From the NCBI RefSeq assembly GCF_036321535.1, contig NC_087436.1, positions 47,246,001-47,310,000 on the forward strand: a stretch of 64,000 bases of DNA, written 5' to 3'. Positions 51,397-64,000 of the stretch are shown in pieces. This DNA comes from Camelus dromedarius (taxonomy: Eukaryota). Below the pieces are notes generated by a model. The model saw nothing but the letters and a program-made list of their open reading frames with translations. It was not told the origin of the DNA and searched no databases. Position numbers and translations under genes: made by a program. The number at the start of each line of letters is the position of its first letter. The stretch's first letter is position 1.

Positions 51397-51775
51397 CTAG
51401 AGAGAAAAGTAAAGAATAATTCTTATTCACCCTTGTAGAAATGATTACAGACAGTAAATAAACTCAGTGTCCTATTACATTTCTAAACAAATGAAAATGT
51501 GTCAAGGAAACGCAAGCATGTGTACTTTCTCCAGTGAGAGTAGACACATCCATTTTTCACTTTTTCATGGTACTTTGGTTAAACTCTAATAATGCATTAG
51601 GTGGTGAGTCACTTTCTAACTGAGAGCAGTGGGAAATATGATCAAAACAAGAAAGTAAAGAGGATTCCTGAGGGAAAGAGCATGGACAAAGAATATTTTA
51701 TTACAATTAGGAGACTTGGATCTAGACTGGATTCTGGTATTGCTAAGTGTGATCTTTAAAAGTCACTTTAACAGA

Positions 51776-54700
51776 TCCAGCATGCAGAAAATCAGCAAGG
51801 ACATAGTGGAACTCAACACAATCCACTGGATCTAAGTGACGTCTACAGACTACTTCATTCAGTAACAGCAGAATACACATTCTTCTCACGCTCACATGAG
51901 CGTTAACCAAGAGAGACCACATTCTGGGCCATAAAACACACTATAATAAATTTAAAAGAATAGGAATTATGCAGTGTGTCCTTTTAGATCACAATGGAAA
52001 ATCCCATTGTGGAAAATCCCAAAATACTTGAAGATTAAGCAACACATTTCTTTTCTTTTTTGTGATCTTTTTTATTGTAGGAGTCACAGCTGAAAGCAAT
52101 GAAAGAGACCGTACACAGCTCTGCCTGTCAGCAGTTTTCTGAAGTAACACATTTCTAATTAATACAAGAGTCAGTAAAGAAATCCCAAGAGAAATTGAAC
52201 TAAACAAAAGTGAAAATACAACTTATCAAAACTTGTGGATACAGCAAAAGCAGAGGGAAATTTACAGCAATGAATGCACACTTTTAGAAAAGATCTAAAA
52301 TCAATAATCTAAGCTTATACCTTAGGAAACTAGAAAAAGAGGAGTAAATTGAACCCAAAGTAAATGGAAGAAATACAAAATTAGAGCATAAATCAATGAA
52401 ATTGAAAACAGGAAATCAAGAGAAAGTTAATGAAAACAAAAGCTAGTTCTTTGAAAAGATCAATAAAATCAACAGGCCTCCAGGCAGGCTAAGGGAAGAA
52501 AAAAGAATACAAACTACTAACATCAGAAATAAAAGACAGAACATCACTGCAGATCCCAAGACATTAAAAAGTTGATAAAAGAATACTATGAACATATCTA
52601 TATGTTCACAAATTTAATAACCTAGGTGAAATGGACTGATTCCTTCAAAGACACAATCTACCCAAACTCACACAAAAAATAAACCATCTGCATAGGCCTA
52701 TATGTATTTAAAAAGTTGAATCAATAATTAATAACCTTACAAAATAGAAAGCACCAGGCCCAGATGAATTCACTGGTGAATTCTACCAAACATTTAAGGG
52801 AGAAATTATATTAATTCTCTACAATCTCTTTCCAAAGATAGAAGCAGAAGGAATACTTCCAAAATCATTCTATGAGGCCAGCGTTACCTTAATACTAAAA
52901 CCAGACAAAAACAATACTAGAAAACTACAGACCAGTATCTCTCAAGGACTCAGAAGCAAAATACTCAACAAAATTCAAAAACTGAATCGAACAATGTAAA
53001 AAAATAATTATACATCACAACTAAATAAGATTCATACCAGGTATGCAAGGCTGATTAAACTTTTGAAAAATTAATTATTATAATCCATCACATCAACAGG
53101 CTAAAGAAGAAAAATCATATGATCGTATCAACAGATGCAGAAAAAGAATTTGACAAAACCCAGCACTCATTCATGATAAAAACTTTCAGTTAACTAGGAA
53201 AAAAGAGGAACTTCAACTTGGTGGAGAATATCTACAAAAAGCCTATAGCTAATATCATACTTAATGCTGAGGAGCTCAAACTTTTACCATGAAGATCAGG
53301 AACAAGGTAAGGATGTGCCCTCTCACCACTGCTTTATAACATCAAACTGGAAACCCAAGCTCATGCAATTAGATAAGAAAAGGAAATTAAAAATACAGAG
53401 ATTGGGAAAGAAGAAATAAGACTATCTTTGTTTCACAGACAACATGATCTTCTATGTAGAAAATCGAAAAGAATTGACAAAGATACTCCTGGAATTAATA
53501 AGCAATGATAGTGAGGTTGCAGGATACCAGGTTAATACACAAAAGTCTATCACTTCCCTATCTATCAACAATGAAGAACTGGAATTTGAAATTTAAAATA
53601 CAATACTATGTACATTCGCACCCTCCCCCCAAACGAAATACTTAGGTATAAATCTAACAAAATATGTATAAGATCTACGTGAGGAAAACTACAAAACTGA
53701 TGAAAGATAACAAAGAACTAAATAAATGGAGAGATATTCCGTGTTCATGAATAGTAAGAATAAATGTTAAGATGTCAGTTCATCTCAACTTGAACCCAAT
53801 CAAAATCCCAGCAAATTATTTTTGTGGATATTGACAAACTGATTCTAAAGTTTATACGGAGAGACAGAAGACCCAGAATAGCCAACTCAATTTTGAAAGA
53901 CAAAAACAAAGTCAGAAGACTGACACTACCTGACTTCAAAACTTACTATAAAGATACAGTAATCAAGACAGTCTCATATTGGTGAAAGAATAGACAAACA
54001 AGTCAATGGGAAAGAATAGAGAGCCCAGAAACAGACCTACATAAATAAAGTCAACTGGTCTTTGACAAAGGAACAAAGACAATACCTTGGAGCAAAGACA
54101 GTCTTTTCAATAAATGCTACTGGAACAAATGGTCACTCACATGCAAAAAAGGAATCCAGACACAGATCTTACACCCTTCACAAAAATTAACTCAAAATAT
54201 ATCACACGCCTAAATGTAAAGCACAAAACTATGTAACTCCTAGAAGATAACAAAGGAGAAAACCAACTGACCTTGGATATGGAGAAGACTTCCTTGATAA
54301 GATAACAAAAGCATGATCCATGAAAGATATAACTGATAAGCTGGACTTCACTAACATTAATAATTTGTGTTCTGTGAAAGGCAATGTCAAGTGAGAAGAT
54401 AAGCAACAGAATGGGAGAAACATTTGCAAAAGACACATCTGATAAAGCACTGTTCTCCAAAATATACCAAAAACTCTTAAAACTCAACAGTAGGAAAATA
54501 GCCCAATTAATAAATGGGTCAAGGACTTAAACAGATCTCACCAAAGAAGACACAGAAGTGGCAAATAAGCAAAAGAAAAGATGCTTCACATACATGTCAC
54601 AGGGAAATGCAAATTAAAACAATAATGAGATACCTTTACACCTATCAGAATGGCCAAATTCTGGAGCACTGACAAAACCAAATGGTGGTGAGTATGGACA

Positions 54701-55485
54701 GCGACAAGAACTCTCATTCATTGCTGGTGGAAATGCAAAATGGTATAACCACTTTGGAAGACAGTCTGGTGGTTTCTCACAAAACTAAATAAAGATTACC
54801 ATATGATCTAGCAATCCTTGATATTTACCCAAAGGAATTAAAAACTTATGTCCACACAAAAACCTGCACACAAATGTGTATAGTAAGTTTACCCGTAATT
54901 GCCAAAAGCTGGAAGCAACCAAGATGTCCTTCAAAGGGTGAATGGATAAACGAACCATGATACATCATACAATAGAATATTATTCAATGATAAAAACTAA
55001 TGAGCTATCTCAAGCTACAAAAAGACATGGAAGACCTTTAAATGCAAATTGCTAAGCAAAAGAGCCAATCTGAAAAGGCTACATACTGTGTGATTCCAAC
55101 TTTATGGCATCCTGGAAAAGGCAGAACTACAGAGACAGTAAAAAGATCAGCAGTTGCCAGGGGTTGGGGGAGAGGGAGGGAGGGATGAATAGGGTGGTGA
55201 AACTATTCTACATGATACTGTAAGTGATGGCTATGTCAAACACTTGTCAAAGCCTATAGAATGTACAAAAGTGAATCCTAATGTAAACTATGGACTTCAG
55301 TTAATAATACTGTATCAGTATCGGCTCATTAATTGTAACAAACGTGCCCCATTAATGCAAGGTGTCAATGATAAGGGAAACTGGGGGAGGAGATGGCATG
55401 GCATATGAGAACTCTGCACTTTCTGCTCAATTTTTCTGTAAACCTAAACTGCTCCAAGAAATAAGGCCTATTAATTTACAAAAAA
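51776..55485 (+). mobile_element. 5'-truncated old LINE-1 (L1MC-like), ~3.7 kb, degenerate ORF2 plus 3'UTR
   Basis: Decayed ORF2 motifs PGPDxFTGEFYQTFK (~52754), DAEKxFDKxQHxFMIKT (~53134) and an FADD-like segment (~53431), with many frameshifts. L1MC-type 3' end. Possible degenerate TSD AAAAGTCACTTTAACAGA / AAAAAGTACTTCTCAGA. Confidence 0.93.
52052..52141 (-). pseudogene. 90-bp polyadenylated retro-insertion of unknown source nested in the L1
   Basis: 15-bp TSD AAG(C/T)AACACATTTCT at 52037-52051 / 52142-52156. AATAAA followed by an A-rich tail on the minus strand. Confidence 0.7.
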
Positions 55486-57784
55486 GTACTTCTCAGAGTT
55501 GCCCATAAACTCATTTTTAAGATATTTTTAAGAGAGCAATAATTTTTTCAAAAATAAAAACAAGAAATACTCCAAATATGGTAAAGCAGCACTAGAAAAT
55601 GAATGGCAAAACAGCCCCCAGTTATGTCCTTCAAGGACAATGACAATTTGCTCAAACACAGCTACTGATCTAAATCTGCCTTACAATTCAAAAGCACTTA
55701 AGCCTTTTAAATATGGAGAACATTCTAAACACTGCTTAATGTTGATGAAACATTTGTGGTCAGGGCAGCACTCCATCCTGTGATATGATGTGTTTAGATC
55801 TGTAACTCCATCTTTGCCGCCACAGGTTTTCATACTCTATGTACCTGTTTATAGCATACTTTATCCTGCTGAAATGAAAGTTTCATTCAGTGTGCATCAT
55901 AAGCCCATATAAGGAGGGGGCTTAGCACAAATCTGTAATGTGCCATTTGCAAACGTGTACCCTGATGAACTATGCATAAGAGATGATTTGCTTTCCTTCC
56001 AAAATGACATTTTTAGGACATCCCTTAGAACAGTCTCATAGCTAAAGACACAATTTAATGGAGCTCCCTAAGTCAAGAGTTTCCAAGCTGCCTGTCTCAA
56101 GAAAACTTGCTACCAAGAACCTTGCTACGAGCTAAAATGCAGCTAACGTAATACACATCTGCAGAAGACAGAATCTGCAGAAGATGGAACGAGACAGAAA
56201 TCTGACTACAGGAATAACAGCCAGATCCCAAAAGATATTTCTCTGCAATTTGCAAAATTCCATGTAAGTTTTATGCTGTGATTTTAAATTAAAACGTCTC
56301 AATTTCAAATAGACTTCTTAAGGCTTCCACAAATTACATCTACAGTTCAGAACTGCACAAGCAACCATGTGCAGGTGACCTGCTTGTTCACCCTGAATAC
56401 CTTTTGTAAAGCAGCAGCCCAATGCATGATCATTTTTCTCCTCGGTCCTAACCCAAAGGGAGTGGGATCTTTTCATTTTCCTGGGAAGGCACCCTTAGGA
56501 TGGAGATAGACCCTAAGGACTCCGGACCTCAGAGCTCCACCTCCAGTTCTCCACCGTAGTCATACCCTCTGCTTATTCGGTTTCTCACTGACAGCTGTGT
56601 CCTTGGCCATTCACAGCTGACACAACACTACTTCCACTGCTTCCGCTTCTAGACACAGTATTTAGAAGCTAGTAGTAACACTTGCGCTTTATAAACAAAT
56701 ACTTAGTACGTCAGCTGGTTCATCAGACAGCTATACTTGCTAAATTGGTTGTGTTTAAAGAATCAATCCAAATTCTCATTAGATTATAATCAAATCTCAT
56801 TTCAATGAACAAAAAATGTATCTGAGGACAAGTGATTTAAAAAAGCATTTTGTCAATATTCCCTTCTTTCAAGTTTCACATTGGAAGAGATCAAAGGATT
56901 CTTAGAATTCAAAAATAGTTAATTAATTACTTGTATATAAAAATGAGTATATGTATCCAACCTTAAGATTGTTTTTACAAATAGCATTTTAGAAGCAAAG
57001 TTCAAGTACACTGTTTAAAACAAAAAGATTCAGCCTTGTTTTCTTTAATGATGATGGCAGAGTAGGGCGAATGCTTGGCAAATGGACCAAAAAGAACAGA
57101 AATGAAACGTAGGGTCTAACATCGTATTTTACCTTTAGTATTCTGTCTTCTCTACTAAACCACTTAGAAACACTTTTATAAATTACATCCTTCAGGCTGT
57201 TGTTTCATAATTTTCCAGTTCCTTGCTCACCTACTAAAGGCAACTGACTTGTCAAGAAGGAAAACAAAACAACAACAAAACTACAAGAGGGGGAATTGTA
57301 GGCTTAGATGAAATGGCTGGATAAAGAATCACGAAAAAAAATTAAGATCTATACAGGTGACTAGTAGTCAATGAAGAAACAAATGGAATCAATTAATTCA
57401 AAATGTGTCTGTTTGACAGACTGACCTACCTCCAAAATTCACTGAGGCACAACTGGAAACTGCAAGACAGTTCACTGAGACAGGCAGACCTTACTCTAGT
57501 TTTTGTGACTGCCTGATAACTAGAACTCGCCTGAGCTAAATTTCTCTCTCACACACACACAGACACAGGAAAAGATATGGAATACAACTTCCATGACCTA
57601 GTTTCAAATATATTCCCTGCCTTTCTTCCAAACTAACATACATCACATGAATTATCCTCAACAAACCCATGTGCTTTAGACATGTGTAATCCCAACCTTA
57701 ATGACAAAAGACTCTCAGTGGGAAAGAACAGTTATATCACAATCACCCTCTCAATTTCATTCTCAGAAAAAGGCTACTGATATA

Positions 57785-57949
57785 TTTTTTTTAATTTTTA
57801 AATTTATTTTTTATTTTATTTTTGGGAGGGGAGGTAAGTAGGTTTATTTATTTGCTTGTTTATTTAATTTTAAAGGAGGCACCGGGGACTGAACCCAGGG
57901 CCTCGTGCATGCTAAACACACACTCTACCACTCAGCTGTACCCTCCCCC
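57785..57949 (-). mobile_element. tRNA-Ala-derived SINE (Vic-1-like), long form
   Basis: Reverse complement GGGGGAGGGTACAGCTGAGTGGTAGAGTGTGTGTTTAGCATGCACGAGGCCCTGGGTTCAG. TSD AAAAAGG(C/T)TACTG(A/G)TAT on both sides. Confidence 0.88.
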
Positions 57950-58596
57950 AAAAAGGTTACTGGTATTTTCTATTTTTAGTTCACTTTTTTCCTCCATTCC
58001 CACAAAGTTGTCTTTGTAGACATATGTTGTCCTGCCTCAGAAATACAGAAGCAATTATTAATCAGATTTTCCTTGTTACGCCTATTAGCAGCAGGGCACC
58101 TGTCACAATCGTCATCATGTTCCAGAAAAGTATTAAAGAATCTGCCAAGTTAATCTTCCTGATTGTAACTTTGTGCACATCCAAATCTTCAGGCTATACA
58201 GTCAAATCTGAACTCCTCCTCCTAACAATCACTGCACCTTCCCGAACCTGCTCCTTACCAAGAGTGTCCTGGAAATGGCACCAAACTGGATGAGAGAGAT
58301 CGATAGCTTCCTAGTAATCTTAGTTTCTTCATTTAAATAAAAAATTAGACTAGACCAAGGATTAAGGATTTTTTTTATGCTCTGCTCTGCTTTCAACATT
58401 TCTATTCCACCCGTCCCCACTTTTGGAAGATTTAAAAAAAAAAAAAAGTCACGATAAGTGGCATCAATTATGTTGTAGATAGTTCTCTGCCTCGAGGAAT
58501 CTAAAATCCAGTTGAAGATCCAAGGATAGTAAATCCAATAAAAGCCCATTTCTTTCTGTCTGCCCCAAAGTGAGGTCCGCAGATAGTAACCAATAG

Positions 58597-58749
58597 ACCG
58601 TGCATTCTCAATGGGGAAAATTAGTGCACTAAGTGTGGGAAAAACGTTTTGTGGTCCTCTGAAGGGTGTAAAAATTCCTCAGAAGGGTGTGGTTAGGAAA
58701 AACCTGTGTAAAAATGAATACTGGAGGATAAGAAAGTTGAGAAACACTG
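58597..58749. mobile_element. hAT-Charlie-type MITE
   Basis: Ends CCGTGCATTCTCAA… / …GTTGAGAAACACTG resemble Charlie-family TIRs. Confidence 0.5.
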
Positions 58750-58904
58750 ATAGTGGAACCCGCGACAGCTTCGCATTGCTCTACATATGCTTCATAATTA
58801 GCTACATTACCCTGAACGAATTACTTAACCTGAGTTGAGTTGCACCCTGATGTACCACCAACATCCTGGGTTTCTTCCTTGGATTAACAACTACAAATGG
58901 CCAG

Positions 58905-59136
58905 CATCTCTTCAACCTTAACTTCTCAACTCGAATGTTCCTTTCTCAAAAAAGTCCTTTCCCAACCACTGTTTAAAGTAAGCCTCCCCTCATTCTCTCT
59001 CAGCACTACTGATCCACTTTCACAATCTGTAACTGGACAGTTGTTTCCTTGTTTTGACTGGATGTCTCCCACCTTGGGTGGTAGTTTCCATGATGGACTG
59101 TGTCTGTGTTTACAGTAGTACCCTGAGCCTGGCACA
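58905..59136 (+). mobile_element. LINE-2 3' fragment
   Basis: TCTCAACTCGAATGTTCCTTTCTCAAAAAAGTCCTTTCC…GAGCCTGGCACA. Confidence 0.55.
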
Positions 59137-59460
59137 AAACAAGCTGCTGGCTGGTTCTGACCAATCCCTTCCCCTTGACCAACTTTTACTATCTTAACAT
59201 ACTGACAGGTGTGTCAGGACCCTTCTCCAGAGATTAACCCCAGGATATGGTCTCCAATACTAATAATAATTCACTCTTTTTTTCACTTCGAGGTCCCCTT
59301 GGCCTCAGACCAAAATCTGCCAGAAAGTTTCCCAAAGATGTTTGATCAATTATAAAAATTTTATTATTGCAAAAACTCTGAAAATCATACTGAACTTGAC
59401 ATCAAGGGGAATGGATTAGAGAAGGAACATGCATTTTTTAAAATGTAAGATTGAGTATCA

Positions 59461-59579
59461 GAGCCCACTTCAGCAACATATGGACTAAAACTGGAATGAT
59501 GGGGAGATTAGCATGGCCCCTGCACAAAGATGACATGAAAATCTGTGAAGTGTTCTATATTAAAAAAAAAAAAAAAAAA
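59461..59579 (+). pseudogene. Processed U6 snRNA pseudogene with poly(A) tail and target-site duplication
   Basis: Near full-length match to U6 (…CTAAAACTGGAATGAT…AGATTAGCATGGCCCCTGCACAAAGATGACA…GTGAAGTGTTCTATATT) followed by A18. TSD AAGATTGAGTATCA (59447-59460) / AAGACTGAATATCA (59578-59591). Confidence 0.93.
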
Positions 59580-60233
59580 GACTGAATATCAAAATAGCAC
59601 TTTTTATTCTTCAAGGTGCCCAAGATTTTAAAAGACCTTTCATTTCTTATCCTAGGGGCTGTTCTACTTTCAGGTGTAACAATACTGGAGCCACTAACAG
59701 AGAGACGAGGCAATGGGACAGTCTGGGACAAATACCCTTTCCACAAGCAGGAAGGGAAATTTTAATGTGAACAAGAGGTGAGTATGTGTGTTGCGCAGAG
59801 GGAAGTAAAACTTGACCTACAGGGAGTTATTTCAAATCAGAACAGCTAACATTGGGACCGTATCACTCCCTGAAAATAAATCCTGCTCACCTTGAAGGAG
59901 CCAGGTCAGGTGTTATTACAGTGAAATTTATCTTAGTGAAAACAGAACATGAGGAAATCAAGAAGATGAGATTCTTCTGATTTGCTTACGACAAGAAATA
60001 TATATATCTATTTCTACAGTATCAAAATATTTAGCAAGTTCTAAACTATAAATTTAGTTGGATAAAGTAAAACAAAATATATATACAGTTGACTGCATAT
60101 ATGTATGTATGTATGTATATAATCCACATATATTCATATCTATTTATATCTTTTATATATGTTATATGAATTAAAAACAAAAATATATAAAATACTTTAT
60201 TCCCTCAGTTTCTTATTAAACATGGTCTTTAAT

Positions 60234-60362
60234 TAGGACGACCATATAATTTAGTATCCCAACCAGGCCAGTTTTGAGTGAAAGAGAGACTTAATAATTA
60301 CACCAGGATAGTATGTATATACTGGGACTGTCCTGGACAAATCAGGATACATGATCACCTTA
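60234..60362. mobile_element. MER94-like hAT MITE
   Basis: Terminal inverted repeats TAGGACGACCATA… / …CATGATCACCTTA and internal CTGGGACTGTCCTGGACAAA. Confidence 0.75.
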
Positions 60363-61689
60363 ATTATAATAAAATCCATGGAGAACTGTAAGATTTTGTG
60401 AAATACAAATTGGATGGACAATATTAAAATGTGTCTCCTTTAGTAAAGTTAAAAAAAGATTTTTCAAAAAAAAAGTTTTAAGAAATGAATTTTAAAAGCT
60501 GAAGTCTACAAAAGATCTTCTCCATATGAAGAAATATCCTATTAAACAAAGGGTATAAATCAAAGAATGAATAGTAAAGTATTAAAACAAGGAATTAATC
60601 TCTAGGACCAGAGGCTTAAATTAATGTTTTCTTTAATTAAGGAAGCCAATCCTTTCTAAAAAGTTAAACCAACCCCATACAGACACTTCTGCACCAGTCT
60701 CTAATACCACTTTGTTATTTTCGTTACTAGGAGACATTTGCACGAAAACAAGATTTACATCCTTTTCTTGCTTCTGTTCTTCTACCTAAAGGAATAATCC
60801 TCCATTATTAGCAATACACTCAATATCTCCACAGCAACTAGTATAATTGGGGTGTTGCAACAGAGGATAATGAAGTGGAAAACAAAGTGACAGAAGTAGT
60901 GTAGAAGAAAAAAAAAAACTTTCACACAGCCTTGGTGGGAAAATAACTACGAAGAAGAAAAAAAAAAAAAAGAAAACTTGCTAAAAAGAACCATTTTGAG
61001 GTCGTTTTAGTCAGTTGCTACTAGACCTTTAAGATACTTAAGTATGCAAGGAGGCAAATAAAAGTTTCCAACATGATGAAGTGTATGGAACAATTGCAGA
61101 TGACTTCACCCAGAGAACTCCGAGGTGGGGAAGAGAGGAGGTTTCTGAAATAGATAAGAAGTGACTTTCCGCAGGTTTTCGCATGTGGCTCCCAAGAAGG
61201 GGCAGGGTACAAGGGAACCGTTCAGGAGAGCCCTAGAGCTAAGCAAGTGTTAACTAAGCTAAGGGGGAGGGGGGGTCGATCCTGGGCAAAAGGTAGCCTC
61301 ACAGTGGCCAGAGAAGGCAGAGGGCAGCAGACTGAGAATCAGGAAACCTGGGCTCTTCACTGTCTTCTGCCTGACGCAACACAGGGGTAAACAATAAGAG
61401 CCAAAAAGCAGTATTTGAGAATACTCTTTAATTCAGAAAACATGTGTTGAGTGCCTACAACATGCTAGGGGGAAAAAATGTATAAATTTTGCTCCTGAGG
61501 AGCTCAGTCTGGAAGAACCGTAATTTCAACAGAAAATCATATTACAACATGGTAGTCTAGTGACAGAGAAAGGCCTAGGTATTCCGGAACAAAGAGGGGA
61601 CACCTAGCCCAAGGGACTGAGGTGGGGAAGGGAGACAGGAAAGCTCCCTGCAGAGGATGTTGGAGGTCAACTCATTTGTGCTTTAAATC

Positions 61690-62985
61690 GCTCCTCTGAA
61701 AGTGTTCAACAAGATCACCACCTAAAGGAATCTTCAGCATTGTAAAACCCAACGAACGCTGTGCTCTCACCTTACTCAAGAACTCACAACAGAATTGATT
61801 ACTCCATCCTGCTTTAAACATTCGATTTTGTTGGCATCTGGAGCACTGCTCTTTGGGTCCTCCCCCTACCTCATTACTACGCCCTGGTCTCCTACTCGAT
61901 CTATTTATTAACTCTGTTATTCTTCATGGCCTGATCTCTGCCTTTCTTCTCTGCCTACTAAATCTCCTTGGGTAATTCTAGATTTCCCATTACTTCATAA
62001 TCCACTTCAATGCTGACACCCTCTGGCTCCAAGCTTGCCTATGAGTGCAGTTCTCAGAATCACTGTTCCCTGTTTGACAACTGTCTCTATTAGAATGACT
62101 AATAGGCAGCTCAGACTAACTAATGGCCAAAACAGAACTCTATTCCCTACAACCCCCTTACCCATCAAAAAACTAGGAGACCTGCTTGACTTCTCCTACT
62201 CTGTCATGTCTCCTATCCATTAAGTCCTGTCCATTCTATCTCCAAATCTCTCAAATCCATCCACTGTTCTCCATCTCCAACACCACCACCCTGCTCCAGC
62301 CAGCATCACTCCTCCTGCACAATGCTGCCAAGAGCTTCCTAACTGCTTCTCCCCTTCCTAACTGCTCTTGCCCCTTCTACTCCACTCTGCCCAGCAGAGA
62401 GATCTGTTACACATGTAAATCAGATCTTGTCCCGCTCCCTCTTAGATCACTTCACAACGCCTTCTCATTGCATATGGAATAAGATTTATACTCCCCACAA
62501 AGTTTGCAAGCACCCCCGACTCTCCCAACTGGGTTCTGCCTGCCCCACCACATTATCCCTCACCCCTCTCTCTCCTGCTCAGACACTGCAGCCAGACTGG
62601 CTTTCCTCCCTTCCTTTCCTTGTGTAACCAAGCACTTTCCCTGTTCCCTCTACTGGCTCCTTCTTACCCTGCACATCTCAATGCAAGCTTTACCTCTTCT
62701 GACAAATCTTTCCTGACTGTGCTAGAGAGGCTTCCCCATTTGCTCTCAACACATTTCCTTTAAAGAGCTGGTCCAAGTCTGAACTGATCTTATTTATTTA
62801 TTAGTTTTACTTGCTTGTCATCTGCTCAACCTCCCTTTTCAGCACCTTTTCCTCTCTCAACACGTCAACTCAAACAATCTCCATTAGGGTAGAAAGCTTG
62901 AGTATTGCTCACTGAATTCCTAGAATCAAGAACAAAGTCTAGCACACAGCAAGTGCTCAAAAATTGTGTGAATGTACTAATCAAT
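61690..62985 (+). mobile_element. LINE-2, ~1.3 kb, decayed RT end to 3' terminus
   Basis: AAGATCACCA…, GGCAGCTCAGACTAAC…CCAAAACAGAACTC, AAGTCCTGTCCATTCTATCTCCAAA, TAGCACACAGCAAGTGCTCAAAAATT. Confidence 0.8.
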
Positions 62986-63204
62986 TTCAGAAGGAACTGA
63001 GGAGGGCTTGGAGCTAGTCTCAGCCACCTGCGTAGCACAGGTATCTGATAAAGTCAGTGCATTTATGAAATCCAAAGCAACCTATCTTGAGAACTTGGTG
63101 AGAACAGTGTCTTGTCCAGTATCTGGGGGAATTTTTTGCTACAAAACCCTCCACCATTATTTCCTTCCTCCGCATTTAGGTATCTTCCCCGCACAGAATT
63201 GCAC

Positions 63205-63270
63205 TTCCTTCCGTCCTTCCGTCCTTCCGTCCTCCCTCCCTCCCCTCTCCCCCTCTCTTTTCTCCCTCTC
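63205..63270. repeat. Pyrimidine-rich simple repeat (CCTTCCGT)n then (CCCT)n
   Basis: Directly visible in the sequence. Confidence 0.85.
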
Positions 63271-64000
63271 ATACTGTGCCTGTGTCTTTCTACATTATAG
63301 TCTTAATCTATTCCTGGCAGACTGAGATTTGATATCAAGTAATGATTACTGATCTAGGTTTTACAGTGGCCTGGCTTCCTAAATTGTCACAATAAGCAAC
63401 TCAACAAGAGCACAAATTAGTAAGCAACATCATGCATATAAACAGGGCAGGGCTAGGGTGAAGACAGCAGTGGATAAACAGGTGAGCAGTGAGGTGACAG
63501 ATGAGAGAAGTGTGGTGAGGCACGAGGGCTGAGGCCAGGGCAGATGATGCATTCTATTGTATCATAACTCTCAAAGGCACATGAGCAGCCATCGTTCCTA
63601 TACACATGAATCTAATAATCTAAATATTTCATTTATAGGCACAGGCACACCTCCTGCCATCAAAATTCACAAGCGTACTCGACAGATAACCTTAGAGAGA
63701 TGTTTCACTGTACCCTTCAGCCTGTCCACTCGTTCTAGCTAAAGGCACCAGAACCAGTTTTCTCTGACTCCATGATATAATTCAGTTTTTAAAACACAAT
63801 ACACCAAAGTCACTGATGGTAATTGCTAAGGGATAGTTCTGAGGATGACCTCAGATTCGTGCAGGGTGTTGTTCCTTAAGGATAAGGCTGGTCAGAGCTG
63901 AATGCCTGGTAAGGCAACCAACCACCAGTCACACATGGCTACTGAACACTTGAAGTGTGGCTAGTCCAAGCTGAGATGTGCTGTAAGTGCAGAATACACA

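Noticed and set aside
3666..51612. About eight perfect AP-1 sites (TGASTCA) scattered through the introns
   Set aside because: Roughly eight are expected by chance in 64 kb, so there is no enrichment.

Overview
Mammalian genomic DNA, most likely a camelid given its tRNA-Ala-derived Vic-1-like SINEs. It carries the SGMS2 (sphingomyelin synthase 2) gene on the minus strand. The complete CDS is five GT-AG exons (17413-16959, 13602-13485, 8308-8155, 3533-3367, 2086-1883), 1098 nt or 365 aa, with an intact catalytic triad. About 1.9 kb of 3'UTR follows, and the rest of the window is a long 5' intronic region full of repeats (L1, L2, MIR, LTR, hAT MITEs, young SINEs, a U6 retrocopy). I see no evidence of a wholly new biological system. 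The most interesting observations are regulatory: a candidate intronic TATA/kappaB/AP-1 promoter with its own ~75-nt first exon, a candidate 82-nt non-coding exon 33.6 kb upstream, several uORFs (two in frame with the CDS), a proximal poly(A) site upstream of Pumilio and miRNA sites, and a 90-bp polyadenylated retro-fragment of unknown origin nested in an old L1. Repeat family names come from recalled consensus features, not from a database search.
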